The notes below the pieces were generated by a model. That model made no database searches and had not been told where the DNA came from. It was given only the letters and a program-made list of their open reading frames with translations. A stretch of DNA of 64,000 nt, taken from contig OZ243927.1 in assembly GCA_965213925.1 (NCBI GenBank), forward strand, positions 2,784,001 through 2,848,000. The letters run 5' to 3'. Both the position numbers and the translations under genes were made by a program. Source of the DNA: Trueperaceae bacterium (GTDB lineage: Bacteria; Deinococcota; Deinococci; Deinococcales; Trueperaceae). Positions 10,222-20,222 of the stretch are shown here, in pieces (positions within the stretch are counted from its first letter, which is position 1; each line of letters starts with the position of its first letter).

Positions 10222-10556
10222 TTGAGACTCGACCACAAAGAAGTTGACAAAGCCCTTTTCGCACGCGAAGAGGGCTTAAACTATTGGCAAAGCGTGGGAA
10301 GATGATGCGTGGCGCGATTCGAGATGGTATATGGTGTCACCTTAACGGTGCTCTAGGGAACAGGTCGTTACGAGGTTTTTATGAGGGCGCTGTAGCAACT
10401 CGGACGGCGCAAGTACCTGCCCCTCCCCACACCGTCCTTGCTCAGTTGCGGCGAGGCTTTCCCTTTTGCGGAGTCAGTCCAGAAAAAAGGGATATCGTTT
10501 CCGGGTTAGTTGGGTCTACTGGGGAACGATCGTGCCCTAATGCCCGCCCGGACCCC

Positions 10557-10585
10557 TTGCCTAACGAGCGTTCGTTTGGTACACT
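10557..10585 (+). promoter_or_regulatory. paa promoter (TTGCCT-17-TACACT) with PaaR operator CTAACGAGCGTTCG at 10561-10574
   Basis: Exact fit to the Thermus PaaR consensus CNAACGNNCGTTNG (recalled from the literature). It overlaps the -35 element and spacer, upstream of the TetR gene. Confidence 0.8.
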
Positions 10586-10592
10586 AAGGGTG

Positions 10593-11162
10593 ATGGATAG
10601 GCGGAGCGAAATCCTCACCACGGCGGGCAACTTGTTCCGCGAGCGCGGCTACCACGCCACCTCGATGCGTGACATCGCGGGCGCGCTGGAGCTGCGCGGC
10701 AGCAGCCTGTACGCCCACATCAGCTCGAAAGAGGAGTTGCTCCAAGAGGTCGTGAACCGCGCGGCGGATGCATTTTTAGAAACGGCGAACGGTGTGGACA
10801 ATTCGCTCGCGCCCGACGAGAGGTTGAGAGCGCTTATCCGCGGACATCTGCAGGTTATCGTGCAGGAGTTGCCGCGCGCCACCGTCTTCTTTCACGAGTG
10901 GAAGTTCTTATCCGACGAATACAAAGCGCAGATCACCGGGCGACGCGACGCCTACGAGTGTCACTTTCGCAAAGCGGTCGAAGAAGGCGTCCGCGAGGGC
11001 ATGTTCTGCGTCGAAGACCCCAAGCTCGCCACGCTCTTCGTGCTTTCGTCCTTAAACTGGACCTATCAGTGGTTCCGCGAGGGCGGCGCGCTCAGCTTAG
11101 ACGAACTCACCGAGAAGTATACGGCGCTCATTTTTGACGCGCTCAACGCAGAAAAGTCCTGA
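10593..11162 (+). CDS. paaR: TetR-family repressor of the phenylacetate operon (PaaR-like)
   Basis: TetR HTH (GYHATSMRDIA..SLYAHISSKEELL). First gene before paaA, with the operator upstream. Confidence 0.8.
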   Translation: MDRRSEILTTAGNLFRERGYHATSMRDIAGALELRGSSLYAHISSKEELLQEVVNRAADAFLETANGVDNSLAPDERLRALIRGHLQVIVQELPRATVFFHEWKFLSDEYKAQITGRRDAYECHFRKAVEEGVREGMFCVEDPKLATLFVLSSLNWTYQWFREGGALSLDELTEKYTALIFDALNAEKS

Positions 11163-11177
11163 CAGAGGAGGACGCAC

Positions 11178-12161
11178 ATGTCACCTGTAACAACGCAAGT
11201 CCCCGTACAGAACCGAGTTGACTTCTCGCCCGAGCAGATCGAAGCGGCGAAGTCAGGGGCGTTCGAAGCCCGCATCGCCAAGGGCGAAAAAATTGAACCC
11301 GGCGACTGGATGCCCGAGGCGTACCGCAAGCAGCTCATCCGCATGATCAGCCAGCACGCCCACAGCGAAATCGTCGGAATGCTGCCCGAGGGCGAGTGGA
11401 TCACCAAAGCGCCATCCTTGCAGCGCAAGATGATTCTTTTAGCCAAGGTACAAGACGAAGCGGGGCACGGGCAGTACCTCTACCACGCCGCTGAGACTCT
11501 GGGCGCGACCCGTGAAGAGATGGTGGACGCACTCCTCTGCGGCAAAGCCAAGTACTCCTCGATTTTTAACTATCCCTCCTTAACCTGGGCAGATGTCGGC
11601 ATGATCGGCTGGCTCGTGGACGGCGCGGCGATTAAAAACCAGACGATGCTAGCGCGGTGCTCGTACGGACCTTACTCCCGCGCGATGGTGCGCATCTGCA
11701 CCGAGGAGACCTTTCACCACAAGCAGGGCAAAGAGATGGTCATCAAGTACGCGCAAGGCACGCCCAAGCAGCGTGAGATGGCGCAGGACGCGCTGAACCG
11801 CTGGTGGTGGCCCTCCATGATGATGTTAGGACCGCACGACTCCGACTCGCCGAACACGCCGCAACTTAAAAAGTGGGGCGTGAAGACGAAGACGAACGAC
11901 GAGGTGCGCCAGGAGTTCTTAAATGAGCACGCACCGGAGCTTTTAGAAGCCGGTCTCACCATCCCCGACCCCGACCTCCGTTTTGATGAGGAGACGGGCA
12001 ACTGGCAGCACGGACCCATCGACTGGGACGAGTTCTGGCGCGTCGTCAAAGGTGGCGGTGAGTGCAACGAGCAGCGCTTAGGCGCACGCCAGAAAGCGCA
12101 TGACGAGGGCGCGTGGGTGCGCGAGGCGATGGAAGCGTATGCGGAGAAGCACATCAGCTAG
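11178..12161 (+). CDS. paaA: Phenylacetyl-CoA epoxidase subunit A
   Basis: [23 protein letters not shown] and EETFH di-iron motifs. Confidence 0.95.
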   Translation: MSPVTTQVPVQNRVDFSPEQIEAAKSGAFEARIAKGEKIEPGDWMPEAYRKQLIRMISQHAHSEIVGMLPEGEWITKAPSLQRKMILLAKVQDEAGHGQYLYHAAETLGATREEMVDALLCGKAKYSSIFNYPSLTWADVGMIGWLVDGAAIKNQTMLARCSYGPYSRAMVRICTEETFHHKQGKEMVIKYAQGTPKQREMAQDALNRWWWPSMMMLGPHDSDSPNTPQLKKWGVKTKTNDEVRQEFLNEHAPELLEAGLTIPDPDLRFDEETGNWQHGPIDWDEFWRVVKGGGECNEQRLGARQKAHDEGAWVREAMEAYAEKHIS

Positions 12162-12228
12162 TCAGGTTCTCAGCACTTCAGGTTTTTAGGTTTTCCTGAC
12201 TCGCTGATGTGCTGACTCACTGACGCGC
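12156..12228. repeat. Palindromic intergenic element built from 8-mer (TCAGC-nnn) units
   Basis: Aligns with the reverse complement of 29779-29860. Confidence 0.7.
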
Positions 12229-12249
12229 TTTTAAGTGAAACGTGTACCC

Positions 12250-12816
12250 ATGAATTCAAGTCAGCCCAAAGCAAACGACACGCAGTGGCCCCGCTGGGAA
12301 GTCTTCAAGCAAGACACGCCCAAAAAGCCGCATCAAGCCGTGGGTACGGTGCACGCCACCGACCCCGAGCACGCGCTCCTCACGGCGCGGAACGTCTTCG
12401 CGCGGCGTCCGCGGGCGGTCAGCATGTGGGTCGTCCCGGCGGAGGATATCTTTTCGGTAACGGCGGAGGAACTCGAGGTAAGTCCCGACATCCTCTCCTC
12501 GGGAGAGAGCGGTCCGTCACAAAGCTATCTCATCTGCCGCAAGACGAGCCACCGCCCCTCGCTGACCTTCGTGGATTATGTGGGTGACGTAGAGGCTGAA
12601 ACGCCTCGAGCCGCGCTTGAGAAGGCGATCGAGACGTTTACCGACGAAAACGCGCTGGTCTGGTGGGCTTTTCCCGAAGTGTCGGTGGTGAGAAGCCGCG
12701 ACGAGGACGCCGCAAGCTGGTTCGAGCCCGCGAAGGACAAGACGTATAAGCAGCAGTCCGAGTACGGGATGACGAGCGCGAAGAAGCGCAAGAAGGAGCG
12801 GGGAAAGACGTCATGA
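12250..12816 (+). CDS. paaB: Phenylacetyl-CoA epoxidase subunit B, double-domain form
   Basis: [31 protein letters not shown], then a second similar domain ending in KDKTYK. Confidence 0.85.
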   Translation: MNSSQPKANDTQWPRWEVFKQDTPKKPHQAVGTVHATDPEHALLTARNVFARRPRAVSMWVVPAEDIFSVTAEELEVSPDILSSGESGPSQSYLICRKTSHRPSLTFVDYVGDVEAETPRAALEKAIETFTDENALVWWAFPEVSVVRSRDEDAASWFEPAKDKTYKQQSEYGMTSAKKRKKERGKTS

Positions 12817-13577
12817 ACGTGTTTGAAAAGCAAGAGGTTAAAACCGTACTCATCCGCAAACTCACCGCGCTCGCCGACGACGAACTCATCCTCGCGCATA
12901 GGGGCAGCGAGTGGACGGGGCACGCGCCCATCTTAGAGGAGGACATCGCGCTGGCGAACCTCGCGCAGGACGAGCTGGGGCACGCGACGCTCTGGTATGG
13001 GCTCCTAGAACCGCTTGACGGCAGTGACGCGGACACACTCGTCTATACAAGAGGTCTGGACGAGTGGCGCAACGTCCAATTCGTCGAGCTTCCTAAAGGC
13101 GACTGGGCCTTCACGATGCTGCGGCAATACCTCTTCGACATGTACGAGCAGCTTTATTTGAAGAGGTTGACCGGAAGTTCGTACAGACCTCTTGTCGAAG
13201 TTGCCCAGAAGATGCTCCGCGAAGAGCGCTTCCACGTGCAGCACACGCACGCTTGGGTGAAGCGGTTGGGGCTCGGGACGGAGGAGTCGAACGCGCGGAT
13301 GCAGCGGGCGCTAGACGAGCTTTGGGGTTATGCGCAGGGGCTTTTTGTACCGGTCCCTGATGAAGAGGTGTTGATCGAAGTGGGTATCTTTCCGAGTCTG
13401 CAAGAGGTCAAAGAGGTTTGGTTGGAGCACGTGACGCAACATCTGGAAGCGACAAACCTCTCTCTTCCCAGTGAGGGAACGCCGCCGCCATCTCGAGAGT
13501 CCCACACCCAACACCTATCTCAACTTTTGGACGACTTACAAGAGGTCGCGCGGCTCGAGCCGGAAGGGACCTGGTGA
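12813..13577 (+). CDS. paaC: Phenylacetyl-CoA epoxidase subunit C
   Basis: [23 protein letters not shown] motif. Confidence 0.93.
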   Translation: MNVFEKQEVKTVLIRKLTALADDELILAHRGSEWTGHAPILEEDIALANLAQDELGHATLWYGLLEPLDGSDADTLVYTRGLDEWRNVQFVELPKGDWAFTMLRQYLFDMYEQLYLKRLTGSSYRPLVEVAQKMLREERFHVQHTHAWVKRLGLGTEESNARMQRALDELWGYAQGLFVPVPDEEVLIEVGIFPSLQEVKEVWLEHVTQHLEATNLSLPSEGTPPPSRESHTQHLSQLLDDLQEVARLEPEGTW

Positions 13578-13580
13578 CGG

Positions 13581-14087
13581 ATGTCGAGTAAGACGCTGAC
13601 CCTACCCTCAGAAAGGGAGATTTGGAACGCCTTAGAAGAGGTCAAAGACCCGGAAATCCCCGTCGTCTCCGTTGTAGAGATGGGCATCGTGCGCAGCGTC
13701 GAACTAGAGGGCGAAAGCGTGAAGGTCGCGATGACGCCGACCTTTTCCGGCTGCCCCGCGCTGCGCGTGATGCATGACGACATCGAGGCGAAGGTGCGCG
13801 AGCTTGGCTTCGAAGAGGTCGAGGTGAAGACCGTCCTCTCGCCCCCTTGGAGTACGGATTGGATAGGTCAAGAGGCGAAGGCGAAACTGCACGCATTCGG
13901 TATCGCGCCGCCCGCGCCCGCGAGTGAGGATGACGGGCTCATTCAGCTCGAGGCTTCCCCCGTTTCCTGCCCGCGCTGCGGCTCGTTCGACACCTCGACC
14001 AAGAACACCTTCGGTCCGACGCTCTGCAAGTCGATTCACGTCTGCAACGCTTGCAAAGAGCCCTTCGAGGCGTTTAAGTCGATTTGA
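13581..14087 (+). CDS. paaD: Phenylacetyl-CoA epoxidase subunit D (PaaD/PaaJ)
   Basis: DPEIP, TPTFSGCPA, WSTDW, CPRCGS and C..CKEPFE motifs. Confidence 0.93.
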   Translation: MSSKTLTLPSEREIWNALEEVKDPEIPVVSVVEMGIVRSVELEGESVKVAMTPTFSGCPALRVMHDDIEAKVRELGFEEVEVKTVLSPPWSTDWIGQEAKAKLHAFGIAPPAPASEDDGLIQLEASPVSCPRCGSFDTSTKNTFGPTLCKSIHVCNACKEPFEAFKSI

Positions 14088-14161
14088 CAGCCGACCTCTT
14101 GGGCGTGACGCCGACCCGGTAAGGATTCTCGAGCCCGAAAGACCTGGTATCATAGCGGGTC

Positions 14162-15346
14162 ATGAAACCTCTCGAAAACCTGCGCGTTTTGGACCTCTCG
14201 CGCGTCCTGAGCGGTCCCTACTGCACGATGGTCTTGGCGGACCTAGGCGCGGACGTCATCAAGGTCGAGCGTCCCGGTCGTGGCGACGACACGCGGGGCT
14301 GGGTGCCGCCCTCCATCGGCGACGAGTCGGCGTACTTCTTGTCCGTCAACCGCAACAAGCGCAGCCTCACCTTGGACCTGAGCACCGACGAGGGTAGAGA
14401 GGTCTTGTACCGTTTGGCGAAATGGGCGGACGTGGTGGTCGAGAACTTCCGCCCCGGCACCGCCGACAAGTTGGGCGTCGGCTACAAAACTCTGAAGGGT
14501 CTCAACCCGCGCCTCATCTACTGCGCGATTTCGGGCTTCGGACAGACCGGACCCTACCGCGATAAACCGGGTTACGACATCATCGCGCTGGCGATGGGCG
14601 GCCTCATGAGCGTCACGGGCTACCCCGAACTGCCCCCGGTGCGCGTCGGCGTCGCGGTCGCCGACCTCGGCGCGGCGATGTGGAGCGTGATCGGGATTTT
14701 AGCGGCGCTGAGGGCGAGGGAGGAGACGCTCGAGGGTCAGTACATCGACACGTCGCTCTTCGACGGACAGCTCTCGTGGCTGACCTATCTAGCGAGCAAC
14801 TACTTCGCGACAGGCGAAAACCCCGAGCGCTACGGCTCGGCGCACCCTTCGATCGTGCCCTATCAAGCGTTCGAAACGCAAGACAGCAGCGTGGTCGTCG
14901 CCGCGGGCAACGACAGCTTGTGGGAGAAGCTCACCGGAGCCCTCGACCTCACCGAGCTAGGCGACAATCCCGACTACCGCACGAACGAAGGGCGCGTGGC
15001 GCACAGAGGCGCGCTCGTCGAGGCGCTGAGCGAGGCGTTCAAAACGCGAACGACGGATGCGTGGTTGGCGCGTCTGGACGAGGCGGGCGTGCCCGCGTCG
15101 CCGGTTCAGAGCATCGAAGCGGTCGTGAACGACCCTCACGCCGCCGCGAGGGACATGTTCGTCACACTCCAGCACCCGACTGTGGGCGAGCTGACCCTAG
15201 CCGGGATTCCCGTGAAGCTCTCCGAGACGCCGGGCGCAGTCGAAACGCCGCCGCCGACGCTCGGGCAGCATAGCGAAGAGGTGCTGCGTGAGCTTGGTTA
15301 CGCGAGTGAGGAGATTGCCGAGCTGAAGGAAAAGAATGTGGTGTGA
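14162..15346 (+). CDS. CaiB/BaiF family III CoA-transferase
   Basis: LADLGADVIKVERP.GDDTR, NRNKRS, ENFRPG and GYD motifs. Confidence 0.93.
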   Translation: MKPLENLRVLDLSRVLSGPYCTMVLADLGADVIKVERPGRGDDTRGWVPPSIGDESAYFLSVNRNKRSLTLDLSTDEGREVLYRLAKWADVVVENFRPGTADKLGVGYKTLKGLNPRLIYCAISGFGQTGPYRDKPGYDIIALAMGGLMSVTGYPELPPVRVGVAVADLGAAMWSVIGILAALRAREETLEGQYIDTSLFDGQLSWLTYLASNYFATGENPERYGSAHPSIVPYQAFETQDSSVVVAAGNDSLWEKLTGALDLTELGDNPDYRTNEGRVAHRGALVEALSEAFKTRTTDAWLARLDEAGVPASPVQSIEAVVNDPHAAARDMFVTLQHPTVGELTLAGIPVKLSETPGAVETPPPTLGQHSEEVLRELGYASEEIAELKEKNVV

Positions 15347-15502
15347 GGGCTGTAGAGACGACGCAACCCGCCAGCTAAAAGAACATGGCGTCGTTTGCTC
15401 GAAATGCTCTACCGTGCGAGACCTCTTCAGCGTGGTGGGGCAGCGGAACGCTTCGGAAAGGTTGTACGGCTCGAGACTATCCGTCTATAGAGCAGTAGAC
15501 GC

Positions 15503-16081
15503 ATGACCGATACCGTTCAAGAAGTCGCGCGCGTCGTCGAACGCGTCTGCGCCGCGCCCACCAACGTCTTCGGCTACGGTATTTGGACGCATCACATTCA
15601 AGAGGTCGTGCGCTTAGGCAAGGACCTCTCGGCGGAGTTCGGCGCGGACGAAGAGGTCGTCACACTCGCCGCACTTCTGCACGACTATGCGAGCGTCAAG
15701 GATGAAGCGCTTTACGCGGAACATCATATTCATGGACCGCTCGAGGCTCAAGACCTCTTGACCTCTTTAGGTTATCCGGCCGAGAAGATAGACGCCGTAA
15801 AGCGCTGCATCGCTGAGCACCGGGGCAGCGTTCAAGGTAAAAGAACCACGCCCGAAGCGCGGTGTTTAGCCTCAGCGGACGCTCTAGCGCACCTTCAAAA
15901 CGTACCGTCGCTGCTCTATTTCGCGTATGTTCATGAAAGGTTGGGAATTGCCGATGGCGCAACCTGGGTCAGGGAAAAGCTGATAAGGAGTTGGGGAAAG
16001 TTGGAGCCCTGGTTACAAGAGAGGTCGAAAGAGAAGTATGAAGCGGCGCTGCTCGCTCTCACGAAGGCTCGAGAACCTTAG
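15503..16081 (+). CDS. HD-domain protein
   Basis: H...AALLHD...ADA motif. Confidence 0.8.
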   Translation: MTDTVQEVARVVERVCAAPTNVFGYGIWTHHIQEVVRLGKDLSAEFGADEEVVTLAALLHDYASVKDEALYAEHHIHGPLEAQDLLTSLGYPAEKIDAVKRCIAEHRGSVQGKRTTPEARCLASADALAHLQNVPSLLYFAYVHERLGIADGATWVREKLIRSWGKLEPWLQERSKEKYEAALLALTKAREP

Positions 16082-17100
16082 ACCGAAACAGCGTCCTCTT
16101 GAAGAGGTCGCGCATCTAAAACGCTTTCAGGAACCTCTTCTAACGCACCCAACAAAACCTCAACGCTCGCACCCTTTTTATGCGCGTTCTCGCTGATAAA
16201 ACGCCGCCACGCCCGCGCGCCGGGCTGATGCGCGAAAAGCCCCAGCATATGCCGCGTGATGCGGTTCAAGTAGACGCCTTTATCTAGCTGCGCCTCTACG
16301 TAAGGCAGCATCCCCTCCACGACCTCACGGCGCGTCGGCGGCTCCACCTCTTCACCAAATACGTCACGGTCAACCGTCGCAAAGAGGTAGGGCGTTTCGT
16401 AAGCAGCGCGTCCGACCATCACAGCGTCTACCTTAGTGAGTTGCGATTGGATGGACCCTAACGTCTTGAACCCCCCATTGATCTCGATCAAGAGGTGCGG
16501 ATACTCCCGCTTCAAGCGGTGGACCTCTTCGTAGCGCAAGGGTGGCACGGTGCGGTTCTCTTTCGGGCTGAGCCCTTGTAACCAGGCTTTGCGGGCGTGG
16601 ACGGTAAAGCGGGCTGGCTTAGCTTCTGACACAACCCGCACGAAGTTCGCCATGTCTTCATAGCGGTCGAGTTCGTCTACACCGATGCGGTGTTTAACCG
16701 TCACAGGTAAAGAGGTCGCGCCGCGCATCGCCGCCACGCACTCGGCGACGAGTTCGGGCTGCGCCATGAGACACGCGCCGAAGTTGCCGCTCTGCACGCG
16801 CTCCGAAGGGCAACCGACATTGAGGTTGACCTCAGAATAGCCCCAGTCCTCAGCGATGCGGGCGCATTCGGCTAAAGCAACAGGGTCGTCGCCGCCGAGT
16901 TGCAGGGCGAGCGGTAACTCTTCAGGTGAAAAATCTAAGTGCCGCGCTTTGTCACCATAAAGAATCGCGCCCGTCGTGACCATTTCGGTGTAGAGAAGCG
17001 TCCGCTTCGTAAGCTGCCGCATGAAGTAGCGGTAGTGGCGATCGGTCCAGTCCATCATGGGGGCGACGCTTAGAAAGTAGGGGCTGGTGGGGTGGTGCAT
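16078..17100 (-). CDS. dusA: tRNA dihydrouridine synthase DusA
   Basis: VAPMMDWTDRH, NLNVGCPS.RVQ.G.FGACLM and HARKAWL.GLSPKENR motifs. Confidence 0.95.
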   Translation of the reverse strand: MHHPTSPYFLSVAPMMDWTDRHYRYFMRQLTKRTLLYTEMVTTGAILYGDKARHLDFSPEELPLALQLGGDDPVALAECARIAEDWGYSEVNLNVGCPSERVQSGNFGACLMAQPELVAECVAAMRGATSLPVTVKHRIGVDELDRYEDMANFVRVVSEAKPARFTVHARKAWLQGLSPKENRTVPPLRYEEVHRLKREYPHLLIEINGGFKTLGSIQSQLTKVDAVMVGRAAYETPYLFATVDRDVFGEEVEPPTRREVVEGMLPYVEAQLDKGVYLNRITRHMLGLFAHQPGARAWRRFISENAHKKGASVEVLLGALEEVPESVLDARPLQEDAVSV

Positions 17101-17150
17101 GTCTAAAGTTTAACCGTGAGAGATGCGTTTAGGCGTAAGGGATTGACAAA

Positions 17151-17283
17151 GCAGCAAGATGAGGTAGCAACGAGTTAAAAGCAACCCAGTCGAGCTGGTT
17201 ACGCAGTCTCCCGAAGGGAACGAACGGTGAGCAACGAGTGAAACCCTATAGACTCATTGCTCGTTGCTTTCTACTCATTGCTG
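17151..17283. repeat. GCAAYGA-heptamer palindromic element with a nested 43-bp module (17186-17228)
   Basis: GAGCAACGAG ... CTCATTGCTCGTTGC arms; homologous to the copies at 24474, 38871 and 63346. Confidence 0.8.
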
Positions 17284-17571
17284 TTCTTTCCGCCACGCCA
17301 TCATCCCCCCCGCCACGTTATAGACCTCTTCAAACCCTGCTGCCTCGAGGTATAGCCCCGCCAACTCCGACACCTGACCTCTTTCACAAATGAGGTAGAT
17401 GGGCGCGTCTTTGGGCACATCAGGCAAGTCGCCCGCTTGAACCTCTTCTAAGCTCAAAACTTCAGTCCCCGGCAGCCCGTCGCGCTGATGCTGCGCATAA
17501 GTGCGCACATCAAAGGCTAGCGCACCTCTTTCAAGTTCGTCTAAAAACCGTTCGATGTCAACGGAGCGCAC
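17275..17571 (-). CDS. Rhodanese-like domain protein
   Basis: DVR...YLICERGQVS..GF..VYNVAGGM.AW. Confidence 0.85.
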   Translation of the reverse strand: MRSVDIERFLDELERGALAFDVRTYAQHQRDGLPGTEVLSLEEVQAGDLPDVPKDAPIYLICERGQVSELAGLYLEAAGFEEVYNVAGGMMAWRKEQQ

Positions 17572-17580
17572 CGCTAAGCG

Positions 17581-17853
17581 TCACTCACTATCTTCTTTCT
17601 CGAGCGGTATCAAAGGCCATAAAATGAGGTAGCCGAGCAGCGTGATAAAGCCACTTAGCGGTAAGCTGAGCGCGAAAAGTATTCTTACCGTGCGCGGGTT
17701 CGCGTCTACGTATTCGGCAATGCCGCCCATGATACCCGCGACGATGTTGTCTTCTCGAGAGCGCGTCAAGCGCCCTGGCTTATTGGGTCTTCTGGCGCGG
17801 CGTTGGTCATGTAAAAGGGTATCTCGCCTTGTTTCTGTATTGGGTTCATCCAT
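17581..17853 (-). CDS. PspC domain protein
   Basis: LTRSRED.IVAGIMGGIAEY..VRILF..Y.ILW..IP. Confidence 0.85.
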   Translation of the reverse strand: MDEPNTETRRDTLLHDQRRARRPNKPGRLTRSREDNIVAGIMGGIAEYVDANPRTVRILFALSLPLSGFITLLGYLILWPLIPLEKEDSE

Positions 17854-17855
17854 CT

Positions 17856-18203
17856 CTACGTTATACCGTCTTTTAGCGGGATTTCAGGTTGCCGCAAGGG
17901 GTCGCGTAAGGCAGTGTGAACCCGCGCCTCCAACTCGCGCACATCCACACCAGCATACTCATCCGGGACAAGCGCTAGGTGCGCGAGCGCTTTGGCGTAG
18001 TTGCGCCGCCCGCCTCTCGGGCTCTTCATCTCCCTAGCTTTGTGCAGCGCCGCCGCCAGAAGTATGACGCCGCCGTAAAACTCGCGGTCTATCCCCTCGG
18101 CGCTCAACCAGACGGGCTCCAAAGCTTCGTGGCACTCCCAGTATTCACCCGCTTCAAAGAGGTCAACACCTCTTGTCCAGGCGGTGGGTGGTGGCTCATT
18201 CAC
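17856..18203 (-). CDS. DUF309 domain protein
   Basis: LFEAGEYWECHEALEPVW motif. Confidence 0.85.
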   Translation of the reverse strand: MNEPPPTAWTRGVDLFEAGEYWECHEALEPVWLSAEGIDREFYGGVILLAAALHKAREMKSPRGGRRNYAKALAHLALVPDEYAGVDVRELEARVHTALRDPLRQPEIPLKDGIT

Positions 18204-18293
18204 CTCTTCAGTATATGAGGTCTGAGAGTAAAAACAGGTCTACAAGCTGCTCGAGACGCACGCCTGCAGCACCAAACGATGAAGATAGAATGC

Positions 18294-18322
18294 TTGACAA
18301 CGTTGTACCGTGCCGATACACT
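18294..18322 (+). promoter_or_regulatory. Sigma70-like promoter TTGACA-17-TACACT with a LacI-type palindrome ACAACGTTGT overlapping the -35
   Basis: Read directly from the sequence, upstream of the sugar-binding protein gene. Confidence 0.6.
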
Positions 18323-18490
18323 TTTCTATACAACCCACTTGGACTTATCAGCTAGGGCGACTCTTGACAGGTCGCAACACGTCTATGGCTGCTAGCAGTA
18401 CTGCTACGGGTGTGGCTTGCGAAACCGTCTCAGCGGATAAGCCAGCGGGTCGAACAAATGGTTGGGATAAAAACGAAAAGGAGTGATTTA

Positions 18491-19774
18491 GTGAAATACG
18501 TGTATACCCTTCTACTCGCGCTTGTGGTCTCGGCGTGCTTCGCGCAGGACGACGGAGCCAACTTAGAGGGCGAGATCACCGTCATGGCGTGGGACGTCGC
18601 CGCGGAAGCCTTAAACGACCTCGTGCCCGGCTTCAACGAGCAGTACCCCAACGTCAACGTTACCGTTGAAAACTTGGGTAACGACCAGGTCTATGACCGA
18701 GGCTTAGCAAGCTGCGCGGCGGGTGGCGGCGACATGCCCGACGTTTACGCGATTGAAAACAACGAAGCTGAGGTCTTCTGGAACCGCTTCCCCGACTGCT
18801 TCACCGACCTCAGCACGATGGGCGCGTCGGAACTGCGCGACCAGTTCCCCGACTTCAAGTGGACCGAGCTGACCTTAAACGATCAGATTTTTGCGGTTCC
18901 CTGGGACTCCGGTCCCGTGGTGACCTTCTACCGCCGCGACCTCTACGAGCAGGCGGGCATCGACCCTAGCAGCATCGAAACCTGGGACGACTTTATCGCT
19001 GCCGGGCAGCAACTCGACGAAGCGACGGGCGCGAAGATGCTCTGGTTCGACTTTTCAGACGACGGCGTCTGGCGGCAGCTCGCCAACCAGAACGGCTGCT
19101 TCTACTTCGACAACGAAGCGACTCAGGTGACTGCGAACCAACCCGGCTGCGTGGACGCGATGGAGACGATGAAGCAGCTTTACGACGCAGAGGTCGTCTC
19201 TATCATAGACTGGAACGGCGCGATTCAAGCCATCAAAAATGACTCGCTAGCAGGCGCGGTCTTCGGCGCGTGGTACGTCGGCACGATTCAGACGAACGCG
19301 CCCGACCAGTCGGGCAGCTGGGGCGTTTATGAGATGCCCGCGAGTGAGCCAGGCGGCGTGCGGGCGGCGAACTTAGGCGGCTCTGCGCTGTCGATGCCTG
19401 CCTCGACGGAAAACCCTGAAGCGGCGATGGCCTTCATCGAGTACGCGCTCGCGACCACCAACGGTCAGGTGTCGATGCTGGAGGACTACGGCTTAGTCCC
19501 CTCCTACCTGCCTGCTTTGGACGCGCCCTACGTCGGTGAAGAGGTCGCGTACTGGGGCGGTCAGCCGATCTGGGAGGACATCTTGGCGACCTTAGGCGAG
19601 ATTCCGCAGGCACGCGGCACGCAGTACTTCCAGGAGGCGCGGCAGATCGTCACGAACGTCTTGTCGCAGTACCTAGCCGAAGACGGCTACGAAAACGCAC
19701 AAGCCGCGATGGACGACGCCGCGCAGCAGATTTCGGGCGCGGTTGGGTTGCCTGTTGCGGAGGGGTCGGAGTAA
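18491..19774 (+). CDS. Sugar ABC transporter substrate-binding protein
   Basis: Signal peptide, SBP_bac_1-like sequence, AAAGGAG RBS; permease genes follow. Confidence 0.9.
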   Translation: MKYVYTLLLALVVSACFAQDDGANLEGEITVMAWDVAAEALNDLVPGFNEQYPNVNVTVENLGNDQVYDRGLASCAAGGGDMPDVYAIENNEAEVFWNRFPDCFTDLSTMGASELRDQFPDFKWTELTLNDQIFAVPWDSGPVVTFYRRDLYEQAGIDPSSIETWDDFIAAGQQLDEATGAKMLWFDFSDDGVWRQLANQNGCFYFDNEATQVTANQPGCVDAMETMKQLYDAEVVSIIDWNGAIQAIKNDSLAGAVFGAWYVGTIQTNAPDQSGSWGVYEMPASEPGGVRAANLGGSALSMPASTENPEAAMAFIEYALATTNGQVSMLEDYGLVPSYLPALDAPYVGEEVAYWGGQPIWEDILATLGEIPQARGTQYFQEARQIVTNVLSQYLAEDGYENAQAAMDDAAQQISGAVGLPVAEGSE

Positions 19775-19780
19775 CGACGT

Positions 19781-19814
19781 GAAGAGGGAAAGAGTGTGTC
19801 TCTTTCCCTCTTTT
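19781..19814 (+). terminator. Stem-loop with U-tract after the SBP gene
   Basis: AAGAGGGAAAGAG-loop-CTCTTTCCCTCTTTT. Confidence 0.7.
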
Positions 19815-19955
19815 GGAGGCTCGAGTCTTAGAGGTGTTGAGGCTCGAGCTTTTCCTATTAAGCCGTTCACTTAGGTTGAACTGGAACTTCAAACGCACGC
19901 CTGAAAAATTGGTTTTTTCTAACCGCTAACTACGTTGTCAGTTGAAAGATGAGAC

Positions 19956-20087
19956 ATGTCATTCTGAACGGAACGAAGTGGAGCCCTTTACAGGATAGGC
20001 TTCGCCTGATGAAAGAATCTCGTCTTCCATTCCCGACTAGCCGAGATTGGGAGACGAGACCCTTACGCCTTCGGCTCAGGGTGACAT
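19956..20087. repeat. REP/MITE-like palindromic element
   Basis: Imperfect terminal IR ATGTCATTCTGA / TCAGGGTGACAT; internal stem TCTCGTCTTCCA / TGGGAGACGAGA. Confidence 0.6.
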
Positions 20088-20222
20088 CAGATATCAGTAA
20101 AAAGGTATCAATACTTAGTTTACGGTGTACCAATAGCCTGCGCCCTCCGAATTCGCACTCAACTCAAACCTCTCACTATCTTCTATACTTGCGCCAAATC
20201 CGCAGCGACCTCTGGAGTATCT

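Noticed and set aside
10284..10592. Long N-terminal extension of the TetR ORF
   Set aside because: The promoter and operator lie at 10557-10585, and homology starts at Met 10593.
17186..17228. Nested module as a hammerhead or other known ribozyme
   Set aside because: No CUGANGA/GAAA core on either strand, and I could not match it to a known class by eye.
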